Origin: Candidatus Yonathbacteria bacterium RIFCSPHIGHO2_01_FULL_51_10
GTDB taxonomy: Bacteria; Patescibacteriota; Minisyncoccia; Phycocordibacterales; UBA1539_B
Assembly (NCBI GenBank): GCA_001823505.1
Contig: MHUS01000010.1
Span: 39,785 to 77,362 of the forward strand
DNA: 37,578 nt
Direction: 5' to 3'
The position numbers were made by a program, and so were the translations under genes. Within the stretch, counting starts at the first letter, position 1. The number at the start of each line of letters is the position of its first letter. The notes under the pieces are model-generated. The model made no database searches and had not been told where the DNA came from. It worked only from the letters and a program-made list of their open reading frames with translations. This document shows, in pieces, positions 8,271 through 14,880 of this stretch.

Positions 8271-9398
8271 ATGGACTCGCTACTCGTTATCATCATCGCC
8301 ATTATCGCCGCTGTAATTGGTGCCACTGTGGTATTTTTTGTGGTCAAGGGCAATGCGTCAGGAGTACCTGCCCAGAACCAAAACGACGGTCTCATGCTCC
8401 TCCAGAACCAGATCCAGGGCTTCCAGGCGCAGATCGGCGACCTTGTGAAGACGGTAGACGCAAAGCTTGGCGACTCACAGCGTGATATGCGCGAGACCAC
8501 ACGCATTCAATTCTCAGAATCCCAGAAGCTTATCCAGTCAACCAATGAACAAGTCACCAAACACTTGATCGACGTCGCAAAAGGTGTCGCGGAGGCGAAT
8601 GAAGCGAGCAAGCAGGTGTTCACGATCGCAGATCAACTCCAAAACCTTGAGAAGGTCCTGAAGCACCAGAAACAGCGCGGGAACTTGGGTGAGGCAAGCT
8701 TGGAGCTCTCGCTCAATAACATCCTTCCACCGGATGCGTACGAGATGCAGCATCTTTTTCCGGGAGGAGATCAGGTTGATGCGATCATCAAAACAAAAGA
8801 AGGGGTTATCCCCGTGGACGCAAAGTTCTCACTCGATAACTACAACCGCGTGGTGAATGAGGATGATCCGGAGCGCAAACTGCTCCTCGAAAAAGATTTC
8901 CGTAATGACCTCAAGAAGCGCATTGATGAGACTGCAAAATATATCCGCGTAAAAGACGGCACGCTGCCGTTCGCCTTTATGTACATTCCCGCAGAAGGGA
9001 TCTACTACGACCTGCTCATCAACGACGTGGGGTCCAAGGTGAATGCCCGAAGCTTGATCGACTATGCGTACACGGAAAAAAACGTGATCATCGTATCGCC
9101 CACGACATTCTCTGCGTATCTGCAGGCAGTTCTCTATGGCTTTAAGGCGTTCAAGATAGAGGAGTCGGCAAAAGAGATCGCCAAGGAGGTGGAGAAGCTC
9201 GCACGCCACCTGCGCGCGTATGATGAACATTTCAAAAAAGTTGGGAAGTCGCTGGGCACCACCGTGAACCACTATGATGCCGCGCAGAAGGACTTTGGGA
9301 TGATAGAGAAGGATGTCTTTAAGATCACGGCAGGCAAAGCAGAGATCGGTTTTGAGGCCTTGGCGCTCGATAGGCCCGCGGATGAGGCGGGGGAGTAA
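8271..9398 (+). CDS. rmuC: DNA recombination protein RmuC
   Basis: N-terminal TM helix, coiled coil, then RGNLGEASLE..QVDAIIKT..VIPVDAKFSLDNY, typical of the RmuC nuclease-like domain. Confidence 0.9.
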   Translation: MDSLLVIIIAIIAAVIGATVVFFVVKGNASGVPAQNQNDGLMLLQNQIQGFQAQIGDLVKTVDAKLGDSQRDMRETTRIQFSESQKLIQSTNEQVTKHLIDVAKGVAEANEASKQVFTIADQLQNLEKVLKHQKQRGNLGEASLELSLNNILPPDAYEMQHLFPGGDQVDAIIKTKEGVIPVDAKFSLDNYNRVVNEDDPERKLLLEKDFRNDLKKRIDETAKYIRVKDGTLPFAFMYIPAEGIYYDLLINDVGSKVNARSLIDYAYTEKNVIIVSPTTFSAYLQAVLYGFKAFKIEESAKEIAKEVEKLARHLRAYDEHFKKVGKSLGTTVNHYDAAQKDFGMIEKDVFKITAGKAEIGFEALALDRPADEAGE

Positions 9399-9417
9399 AG
9401 TAGCTTCACAGAGAAAC

Positions 9418-9498
9418 TTGACATTGATCAAGACGGGCGGCAAGCAATACAAAATGGTTCCGGGTCAGACGCTTAAGATCGAGAAGCTTTTTGACGAG
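9418..9498 (+). pseudogene. rplU: remnant 5' end of ribosomal protein L21 gene (about 27 codons)
   Basis: From TTG 9418 it translates to MTLIKTGGKQYKMVPGQTLKIEKLFDE. Region 9425-9498 aligns gap-free to 11051-11124 of the intact rplU (64/74 nt by hand count). Homology stops after 9498, and the frame runs into unrelated sequence to TGA 9609. Confidence 0.7.
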
Positions 9499-9546
9499 CC
9501 AGACGCAAAAGAAGAGGGTTCGGGGTTGAATGTATCACGAAAATTA

Positions 9547-9575
9547 TTGACAGATTTTATTAAGTATGCTACACT
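9547..9575 (+). promoter_or_regulatory. sigma70-like promoter for the 92-aa orphan
   Basis: TTGACA (9547-9552), 17 nt, TACACT (9570-9575). Confidence 0.45.
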
Positions 9576-9649
9576 AATTTTAGTAAACAGGCAGTACTTT
9601 GTAATTTGATTATCCTCGAGAAATCGAATCGACCTGAGGAGGAGTGGAG

Positions 9650-9928
9650 ATGACTAAACTAAGTGCAGTCAGAGTAGAAAACCTGGTTGGTGGGCAAATG
9701 TACTTCCTCGTTGATTACACACTTAAAGCAACGTGTAGTAAGCCATTTATCGTATGTGGTGTTCGACGGAAGGACTCGCATGGACACACATGGACGTGGA
9801 AAATCCTTATTAAAAAAGCCGACGGTTCGCGGGCATGGGTTCCAGACGCATATTGGTTTCAGTTCTTTAAATTCACACCCTTCGCATACAGAAATAAAAG
9901 GATCGAGCTTGGACAAGCACCACTGTAA
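9650..9928 (+). CDS. hypothetical protein, 92 aa, aromatic-rich
   Basis: ATG 9650 is preceded by GAGGAGGAG (9636-9644). It has its own promoter and terminator. No family recognised. Confidence 0.6.
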   Translation: MTKLSAVRVENLVGGQMYFLVDYTLKATCSKPFIVCGVRRKDSHGHTWTWKILIKKADGSRAWVPDAYWFQFFKFTPFAYRNKRIELGQAPL

Positions 9929-9947
9929 CCTATGATCAAAACTTCAT

Positions 9948-9993
9948 GATAACGTACCTAGGCACTTTGCACTTTATGGTACGTTATTTTTTT
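9948..9993 (+). terminator. intrinsic terminator (long loop)
   Basis: ATAACGTACC / GGTACGTTAT stem with a 19-nt loop, followed by T7. Confidence 0.55.
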
Positions 9994-10044
9994 GCAAAAT
10001 CCCACATGTTTTAGGATTGTCATATAAGTGTTACAATAATATTT

Positions 10045-10920
10045 ATGATAACAAAAATTGCATTACTACAAATAAATGCGGGGGAAACTGTCTTTGAAAA
10101 TTTTGAGATTGCTAAAACTCATATTGAAAAAGCGGCACAAAATGGAGCTGACATTGCGCTTCTCCCCGAATTATGGAATGTTGGGTACACATCTCCCGAT
10201 GAGTACGTATTCGGGAGGGACACCTGGGGTAAATCAGCTTTTTTCGTGGGAGATAGCGAGTTTGTAAAATACCAAGAGCTTGCGAAGGAGGTGGGGATCG
10301 CTATCCTATTGCCATTTTTAGAAAAAAATACTCAGGGAAATTTTTATAATTCCGCAACGCTTATCGACTACACAGGAGAGGTTATTTTACATTATCAAAA
10401 AGTACACACGGTGGATAAGGCGTGGGAGATACTATTTACGTCAGGAGAGAATTTTCCGGTTGTTGATCTAAAAACAAAAAAAGGGATGGCAAAAGTAGGT
10501 TGTATGATTTGCTACGACAGAGAGTTCCCCGAATCAGCGCGAATCCTTATGCTCAATGGTGCAGAAATAATTTTGGTTCCCAATGCGTGCGTTTTGGATA
10601 GTAATCGGTTAACGCAATTTCAATCTCGCGGGTTTGAAAATATGCTTGGAGTTGCAATGACTAATTATCCAAAACCAAAATTTAATGGCAAATCTTGCGC
10701 ATTTGACGGAATGCGTGTTAAGGGAGAGGACTACAACCCTCTTGTGGTTATGGCAGACGAAGAAGAGGGCATCTGGTATGCTAACTTTGATATCGATATA
10801 TTGCGAGCATATCGTGAGAAAGAAATCTGGGGTAATGCTTATCGCAAACCAAGATTGTATGGAAAACTCACTGAGGACAACATTCACCAACCCTTCGTAA
10901 GGAAAGATGCACGGCGCTAG
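10045..10920 (+). CDS. carbon-nitrogen hydrolase (nitrilase superfamily), 291 aa
   Basis: Glu-Lys-Cys triad contexts: ALLPELWN, HYQKVH, GCMICYDREFPE. The gene is AT-rich relative to its flanks. Confidence 0.9.
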   Translation: MITKIALLQINAGETVFENFEIAKTHIEKAAQNGADIALLPELWNVGYTSPDEYVFGRDTWGKSAFFVGDSEFVKYQELAKEVGIAILLPFLEKNTQGNFYNSATLIDYTGEVILHYQKVHTVDKAWEILFTSGENFPVVDLKTKKGMAKVGCMICYDREFPESARILMLNGAEIILVPNACVLDSNRLTQFQSRGFENMLGVAMTNYPKPKFNGKSCAFDGMRVKGEDYNPLVVMADEEEGIWYANFDIDILRAYREKEIWGNAYRKPRLYGKLTEDNIHQPFVRKDARR

Positions 10921-10974
10921 ACGAGTTTGCATATTACCGCAAACATACTTGCATTTCTTTTGAAATAGGGTAGA

Positions 10975-11355
10975 ATGGTTCCCATTATGGCTACAAAGGC
11001 AACAACAATGACGACAAAAAAGCTCTCTAAAAAAGAGGGGGATTTCGCGGTGATCAAGACAGGAGGCAAGCAGTACAAAGTGGTCCCCGGTCAAACGCTT
11101 AAGATCGAGAAGCTCTCTGATGAGCTCAAGGCGGGGGACGCAGTATCCTTTGATCAGGTGCTCCTCGTCACGGCGGGAGGCAAAGTGTCCGTAGGCACCC
11201 CCACCATCGCAGGTGCGACCGTCAAGGCAGAATATGTCCGCGGTGGCAGGGCAGACAAGATCACCGTGATCAAATACAAGCAAAAGAGTCGCTATTTTAA
11301 GAAGCGCGGCCACAAGCAGCCCTTCGCGGAGGTAAAGATCTCAACGATTAAGTAG
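10975..11355 (+). CDS. rplU: 50S ribosomal protein L21 with an unusual Lys/Thr-rich N-terminal extension
   Basis: AVIKTGGKQYKVVPGQTLKIEKL...DKITVIKYKQKSRYFKKRGHKQPFAEVKI. The start is uncertain. ATG 10975 overlaps a TAGAAT -10 (10971-10976, with TTGCAT at 10949-10954), so ATG 10987 or 11008 may be the real start. Confidence 0.92.
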   Translation: MVPIMATKATTMTTKKLSKKEGDFAVIKTGGKQYKVVPGQTLKIEKLSDELKAGDAVSFDQVLLVTAGGKVSVGTPTIAGATVKAEYVRGGRADKITVIKYKQKSRYFKKRGHKQPFAEVKISTIK

Positions 11356-11361
11356 CAAAAT

Positions 11362-11389
11362 AAAATCCCCGAGCATGCTCGGGGATTTT
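11362..11389 (+). terminator. intrinsic terminator
   Basis: Perfect 28-nt palindrome AAAATCCCCGAGCA/TGCTCGGGGATTTT, with A and T runs in the arms. Confidence 0.75.
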
Positions 11390-11410
11390 GCAACTTCAGT
11401 ACGATGGTGG

Positions 11411-11518
11411 TCAGTCTTCGTCGTTCAAACCAGACACATCCAGGAATTCTTTAAAAAGAAGCCAGCCGATCAACAAGACTGCTATTCCAAGCAATATGAA
11501 TTTTAACCATAAAGGCAT
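11411..11518 (-). CDS. small membrane peptide, 35 aa (not in ORF track)
   Basis: MPLWLKFILLGIAVLLIGWLLFKEFLDVSGLNDED. SD AAAGGAGAA lies upstream. One TM helix plus an acidic tail. Confidence 0.5.
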   Translation of the reverse strand: MPLWLKFILLGIAVLLIGWLLFKEFLDVSGLNDED

Positions 11519-11565
11519 GGCGTGTTCTCCTTTGTTGGTGTTCGGAACAATTCTCTAGTACTCTG

Positions 11566-11685
11566 CTACTCTTTTTGTCGCTCTGCAGGGGCTCTTTTCC
11601 AGAGCGCGTACAGTCCAGCAATCAACAAACCAATGAGTACGAGGATTATCCCCGCACCACCTACAATTGTTTCGATAATCTGCAT
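11566..11685 (-). CDS. small membrane peptide, 39 aa (not in ORF track)
   Basis: MQIIETIVGGAGIILVLIGLLIAGLYALWKRAPAERQKE. SD AAAGGAGAA at 5-6 nt spacing. It starts 21 nt after the stop of the preceding peptide gene. Confidence 0.5.
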   Translation of the reverse strand: MQIIETIVGGAGIILVLIGLLIAGLYALWKRAPAERQKE

Positions 11686-11706
11686 CTGATTTCTCCTTTG
11701 GTTGAA

Positions 11707-11838
11707 TTAATTCGTGTGCCAATCGTCGTATTCGTCACACGCTTCTTGCTCAACTGCCGAATTTCTCAGAAACCGCAAGACGAAGACAGCCAGACAAAGA
11801 ACCAGTGCTACTCCTACAATAGCGAGCGCTATTTTCAT
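11707..11838 (-). CDS. small membrane peptide, 43 aa (not in ORF track)
   Basis: MKIALAIVGVALVLCLAVFVLRFLRNSAVEQEACDEYDDWHTN. SD GGGAGG at 8-nt spacing. It starts 24 nt after the stop of the 98-aa gene. Confidence 0.5.
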   Translation of the reverse strand: MKIALAIVGVALVLCLAVFVLRFLRNSAVEQEACDEYDDWHTN

Positions 11839-11862
11839 TGCAAGTACCTCCCATTATTAAGC

Positions 11863-12159
11863 TCATTCGATTAGCGAAAAATTATTCTTGGAAAGATTTT
11901 GAATCTCCAGTAGAACTTCCCCATCGAGATTAGCTGGATCATTTTCGTTTCTCGGCGAAGTCGCATCTTTGCGCCATAGGTCAAACAAAGAATCCTTGAT
12001 CGCCCAAGCAAACGCGAGTGAAATGAGGGCAATGTCAAACAGCCAAATGTCCGGATTTTTTGAGGGATGACTTACCTTGTCAAAGATGAGAACCAAGGGG
12101 AGTGCCAATACGAGTAAAACGGTCAATACGACCGCCGTTCTTCGGATGCATTTCTTCAT
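11863..12159 (-). CDS. hypothetical membrane protein, 98 aa (two predicted TM helices)
   Basis: ATG 12159 is preceded by AAAGGAGA. Hydrophobic segments AVVLTVLLVLALPLVLIF and IWLFDIALISLAFAWAI. Confidence 0.6.
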   Translation of the reverse strand: MKKCIRRTAVVLTVLLVLALPLVLIFDKVSHPSKNPDIWLFDIALISLAFAWAIKDSLFDLWRKDATSPRNENDPANLDGEVLLEIQNLSKNNFSLIE

Positions 12160-12196
12160 CAGAGCTCTCCTTTGTCGTGAGGAACAATTCCCTAAT

Positions 12197-12225
12197 ACTC
12201 TAGCGCTACGGTTTTAAATAGTCAA
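12197..12225 (-). promoter_or_regulatory. sigma70-like promoter for the small-membrane-peptide operon
   Basis: Minus strand: TTGACT (12225-12220, overlapping the recR stop), 17 nt, TAGAGT (12202-12197). Confidence 0.5.
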
Positions 12226-12839
12226 CCGCGGTTTTTAAGCGCGTTCTTAAGCGTCTCTTTGTCGGCGTATTCAAGCTCAGCGCCCGTGGAGAGTCCGCGG
12301 CCGAGGGCGGTAACCTGAAGGTCGTATTTTTTTAGGAGAGATTCAAGCGTTTTTGATATATAGAGCGCGGTGTGTTCGCCTTCGGCATTGGCGCTCGTAG
12401 CCAGGATGATCTCACGGAGGCCATCTTCTTTTGCTGCGCGTTCAACCTCAGTAAGGAGCTCTCGAATACGGATTTTCTTTGCCGGTTCTTGCTCTAGAAA
12501 GGGGAGGGAGCCGCCCAATACAAAGAACCGCCCGCGATATGCATCGCTCGCGCGGATCGCATCAAGGTCGGTGTCCCGCTCCACGGCCATCATGAGTGCC
12601 GGGTCACGCCCTTTGTCAGAACACTCAGGGCAAAGTGCGACTGATCCTGTGTTGGGATAAAATCGGAAACAGTGCGGGCATTGTGCGCTGGCTTTCTTGA
12701 GGGCTGCCAACGCCGCCTCAAGTGCTGAGATCTCTGCCGGCCCGCGAGAAAGCAGGTGATAGACGAACCGCTTCGCCTGCCGCGGCCCAACCCCGGGGAA
12801 TTTTAAAAACTTTTCTGCAAGTGTTTGAAGTGCGTCCAT
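12222..12839 (-). CDS. recR: recombination protein RecR
   Basis: KFPGVGPRQAKRFVYHLL HhH motif, C4 zinc finger CPHC...CPEC, Toprim region VERDTDLDAI...ILATSANAEGE. Confidence 0.95.
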   Translation of the reverse strand: MDALQTLAEKFLKFPGVGPRQAKRFVYHLLSRGPAEISALEAALAALKKASAQCPHCFRFYPNTGSVALCPECSDKGRDPALMMAVERDTDLDAIRASDAYRGRFFVLGGSLPFLEQEPAKKIRIRELLTEVERAAKEDGLREIILATSANAEGEHTALYISKTLESLLKKYDLQVTALGRGLSTGAELEYADKETLKNALKNRG

Positions 12840-12841
12840 GG

Positions 12842-14272
12842 CTAGAAGTCGTCAAGGTTATCTCGAGCGCTCGGCGTGGCTGCCGCATTTCCGTATTCAC
12901 CACCCTCGATCGTAAGGAACGTGGCCTGTCTTTCATCAAAGTAGAGCTCTGTTTTCCCCGTGGGACCGTTGCGGTGCTTCTCGATCAAGATTTCGGCGAT
13001 ATTGGGGCGGTCGGAGTTTTGGTTCATCTTGTCGTCGCGGTGGATGAACATAACCACATCGGCGTCCTGTTCGATGGATCCTGAATCACGGAGGTCGGAG
13101 AGGCGAGGGCGATCCCGGCGCTGCTCAACCGCACGAGAAAGCTGGGAGAGCGCCAGGACCGGCACGCTGAGCTCTTTGGCGAGGCCTTTGAGCGCACGCG
13201 AGATCTCGGTCACTTGGTTGACCATGGAATCGTAGTTTCGTGATGGCGCCATGAGCTGAAGATAGTCCACGACAATAAGCCCCAGACCATGCTCGGCTTT
13301 GATCCGGCGAGCCGTGGCGCGCATTTTGGTGATCGTGTTGGCGGACTGCTCGTCAATATATATCGGTGCCTGTGCAAGGCGCGCCATGGAGTCACGGAGG
13401 CGCTCAAAGTCCTCATCGGACGTGATCTTGCCGGTGCGCAGTTTCCATCCATCCACGCGAGCCTCAGCGGCAAGCATGCGGTCAGCGAGCTGCTGGGAAC
13501 TCATTTCAAGCGAGAAGATACAGACCGGGGTTTGATGCTTAAGAGCCGTCTGACGGGCAATATCAAGCGCCAGGGAGGTCTTTCCCATGGATGGACGAGC
13601 AGCGAGGATGATGAGGTCCTCCGGCTGGAGTCCGGCGAGCTTGTTGTCGAGGCCGGGGAAGCCCGTGGGTACGCCGCGGAGCTTCTCGCGGCCGTTGTGC
13701 AAGCCATCAAGACGATCCCACGCCACATCGAGCGTATCAGAGAGTGAAAGGTACTGGTGCGAGGTCCCCAGAGAGCTGACTGACATGACCTTCTTCTCCG
13801 CCTCTTCCAAGAGCTGGTCGATATCCTCCGCTTCGCTGTACCCCAACTCGGCGATGGTATCGGCGGCCCCAATAAGATTGCGAAGGATATACTTGCGACG
13901 CACGATCTCGGCATAGTAGGTTGCGTTCGTTGCGGACGGCACCACACTTACGATCTCGGCAAGGTACGCATTGCCACCAACTTGTTCAAGCATTCCTTTT
14001 TCTTTCAGGCGCGATGACACCGAGAGAAGGTCGATCGGCTCACGGCGCGTGTGGAGCTCAAACATCGCCCGAAAGATCATACGGTGCTTTTCTGCATAGA
14101 ATGAATCATCGTTGATAAGGTCCGCGACATCGTGCATCGAGTCGGGCTTGAGCATAATAGAACCCAAGAGCGCGCGCTCTGAATCAATGTTTTGAGGTGG
14201 AACGCGGAGCGATTCACGGAATTGTTTTTTTGACGTTTTTTCGCGTTCTTTGGAGACAGGCATAGGAGGCAT
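12842..14272 (-). CDS. dnaB: replicative DNA helicase DnaB
   Basis: PPQNIDSERALLGSIM N-terminal domain, Walker A ARPSMGKTS, LIVVDYLQLM, RALKGLAKELSVPVLALSQLSR. No intein. Confidence 0.95.
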   Translation of the reverse strand: MPPMPVSKEREKTSKKQFRESLRVPPQNIDSERALLGSIMLKPDSMHDVADLINDDSFYAEKHRMIFRAMFELHTRREPIDLLSVSSRLKEKGMLEQVGGNAYLAEIVSVVPSATNATYYAEIVRRKYILRNLIGAADTIAELGYSEAEDIDQLLEEAEKKVMSVSSLGTSHQYLSLSDTLDVAWDRLDGLHNGREKLRGVPTGFPGLDNKLAGLQPEDLIILAARPSMGKTSLALDIARQTALKHQTPVCIFSLEMSSQQLADRMLAAEARVDGWKLRTGKITSDEDFERLRDSMARLAQAPIYIDEQSANTITKMRATARRIKAEHGLGLIVVDYLQLMAPSRNYDSMVNQVTEISRALKGLAKELSVPVLALSQLSRAVEQRRDRPRLSDLRDSGSIEQDADVVMFIHRDDKMNQNSDRPNIAEILIEKHRNGPTGKTELYFDERQATFLTIEGGEYGNAAATPSARDNLDDF

Positions 14273-14303
14273 TGTAGCATAGCGTTAAGAACCCGCACCG
14301 ACC

Positions 14304-14317
14304 AAAACGGGGAAAAT
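14304..14317 (-). promoter_or_regulatory. conserved 14-nt upstream motif ATTTTCCCCGTTTT (copy 1, upstream of dnaB)
   Basis: Exact copy of the motif at 17164-17177. Its 3' end is 31 nt from the dnaB ATG (14272), the same spacing as for corA. Confidence 0.5.
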
Positions 14318-14405
14318 CCGTGGAGAAGATGGGGATTTCAAATGGATGGGGGGGGGTAAGTTAAATGGGTGAGTATACGGTAATGGATACTGCGGGCACA
14401 AAAAC

Positions 14406-14434
14406 TTGCCTTGTCTAAATTAATATGTTATAGT
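14406..14434 (+). promoter_or_regulatory. sigma70-like promoter for the 68-aa orphan
   Basis: TTGCCT (14406-14411), 17 nt, TATAGT (14429-14434). Confidence 0.5.
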
Positions 14435-14499
14435 ATCAAATAGACTATTGGTTTTCCTCACACCACAAAAAGTGGGGGTACAGCAAAAAGGAGGATGTA

Positions 14500-14706
14500 A
14501 TGAAACACACAAAAAGTAGTCTTACGCGATTAGTAACGCTTTGTGTACAAGTTGCCGAGAAAGGATACGAGGGTGGTTTTCCGTATGAAAGCGCTGCGGA
14601 AAATAGTGGTGAAACAATAGGACGACTTGCCGCGGTTCTCTTGGAGACAGCTCTTCGTGACGAAACTGTTGCTAAGGCTCTAGGTATCAAAGTAGCTACC
14701 AAATAA
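14500..14706 (+). CDS. hypothetical soluble protein, 68 aa
   Basis: ATG 14500 is preceded by AAGGAGG at 6-nt spacing. It has its own promoter and a strong terminator. No family recognised. Confidence 0.6.
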   Translation: MKHTKSSLTRLVTLCVQVAEKGYEGGFPYESAAENSGETIGRLAAVLLETALRDETVAKALGIKVATK

Positions 14707-14730
14707 CACAAACTGCCTCGTTAGTTATTC

Positions 14731-14766
14731 AATAAACGCCACCCGAGAAGGTGGCGTTTATTTTTT
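14731..14766 (+). terminator. intrinsic terminator
   Basis: 13-bp stem AATAAACGCCACC / GGTGGCGTTTATT, 6-nt loop, followed by a T run. Confidence 0.8.
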
Positions 14767-14801
14767 GCTCTATCTAACTAACCAACCGACTATTTTTCAG
14801 T

Positions 14802-14837
14802 TGTCATTTTTAGTGACGACCGTCACTAAAAATGACA
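14802..14837. repeat. perfect 17-bp inverted repeat with 2-nt spacer
   Basis: TGTCATTTTTAGTGACG ac CGTCACTAAAAATGACA, located between the 68-aa gene terminator and the cysS stop. Confidence 0.9.
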
Positions 14838-14880
14838 TAGGAGATAAAAATTTATACGCAGACATAGCGCAGCGTGCAAT

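Noticed and set aside
9313-9609. 98-aa ORF-track entry spanning the rmuC 3' end and the L21-like segment.
   Set aside because: Its 5' part is an alternative frame of rmuC. Only codons 36-62 are L21-like, and the rest has no coding signal. It is better explained as a gene remnant (pseudogene) than as a functional ORF.
9948-9993. Hairpin after the 92-aa gene as an integron attC site.
   Set aside because: The arm ends (GATAAC / GTTATT) do not fit the RYYYAAC / GTTRRRY core sites. There is no intI or attI nearby, and the T7 tail fits a plain terminator.
9425-11124. Interpretation of the rplU repeat pair as a DGR template/variable repeat.
   Set aside because: The mismatches are not adenine-specific; they are mostly synonymous transitions and transversions. 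No reverse transcriptase gene is present in the window.
10609-11313. 234-aa minus-strand ORF crossing the C-N hydrolase 3' end, the spacer and rplU.
   Set aside because: It is antisense to two well-supported genes and to their intervening promoter. There is no start signal.
14802-14837. The 36-nt palindrome as an ordinary intrinsic terminator.
   Set aside because: There is no T tract downstream on either strand, and a canonical terminator already exists 35 nt upstream for the plus-strand gene. It is kept as an unexplained element instead.
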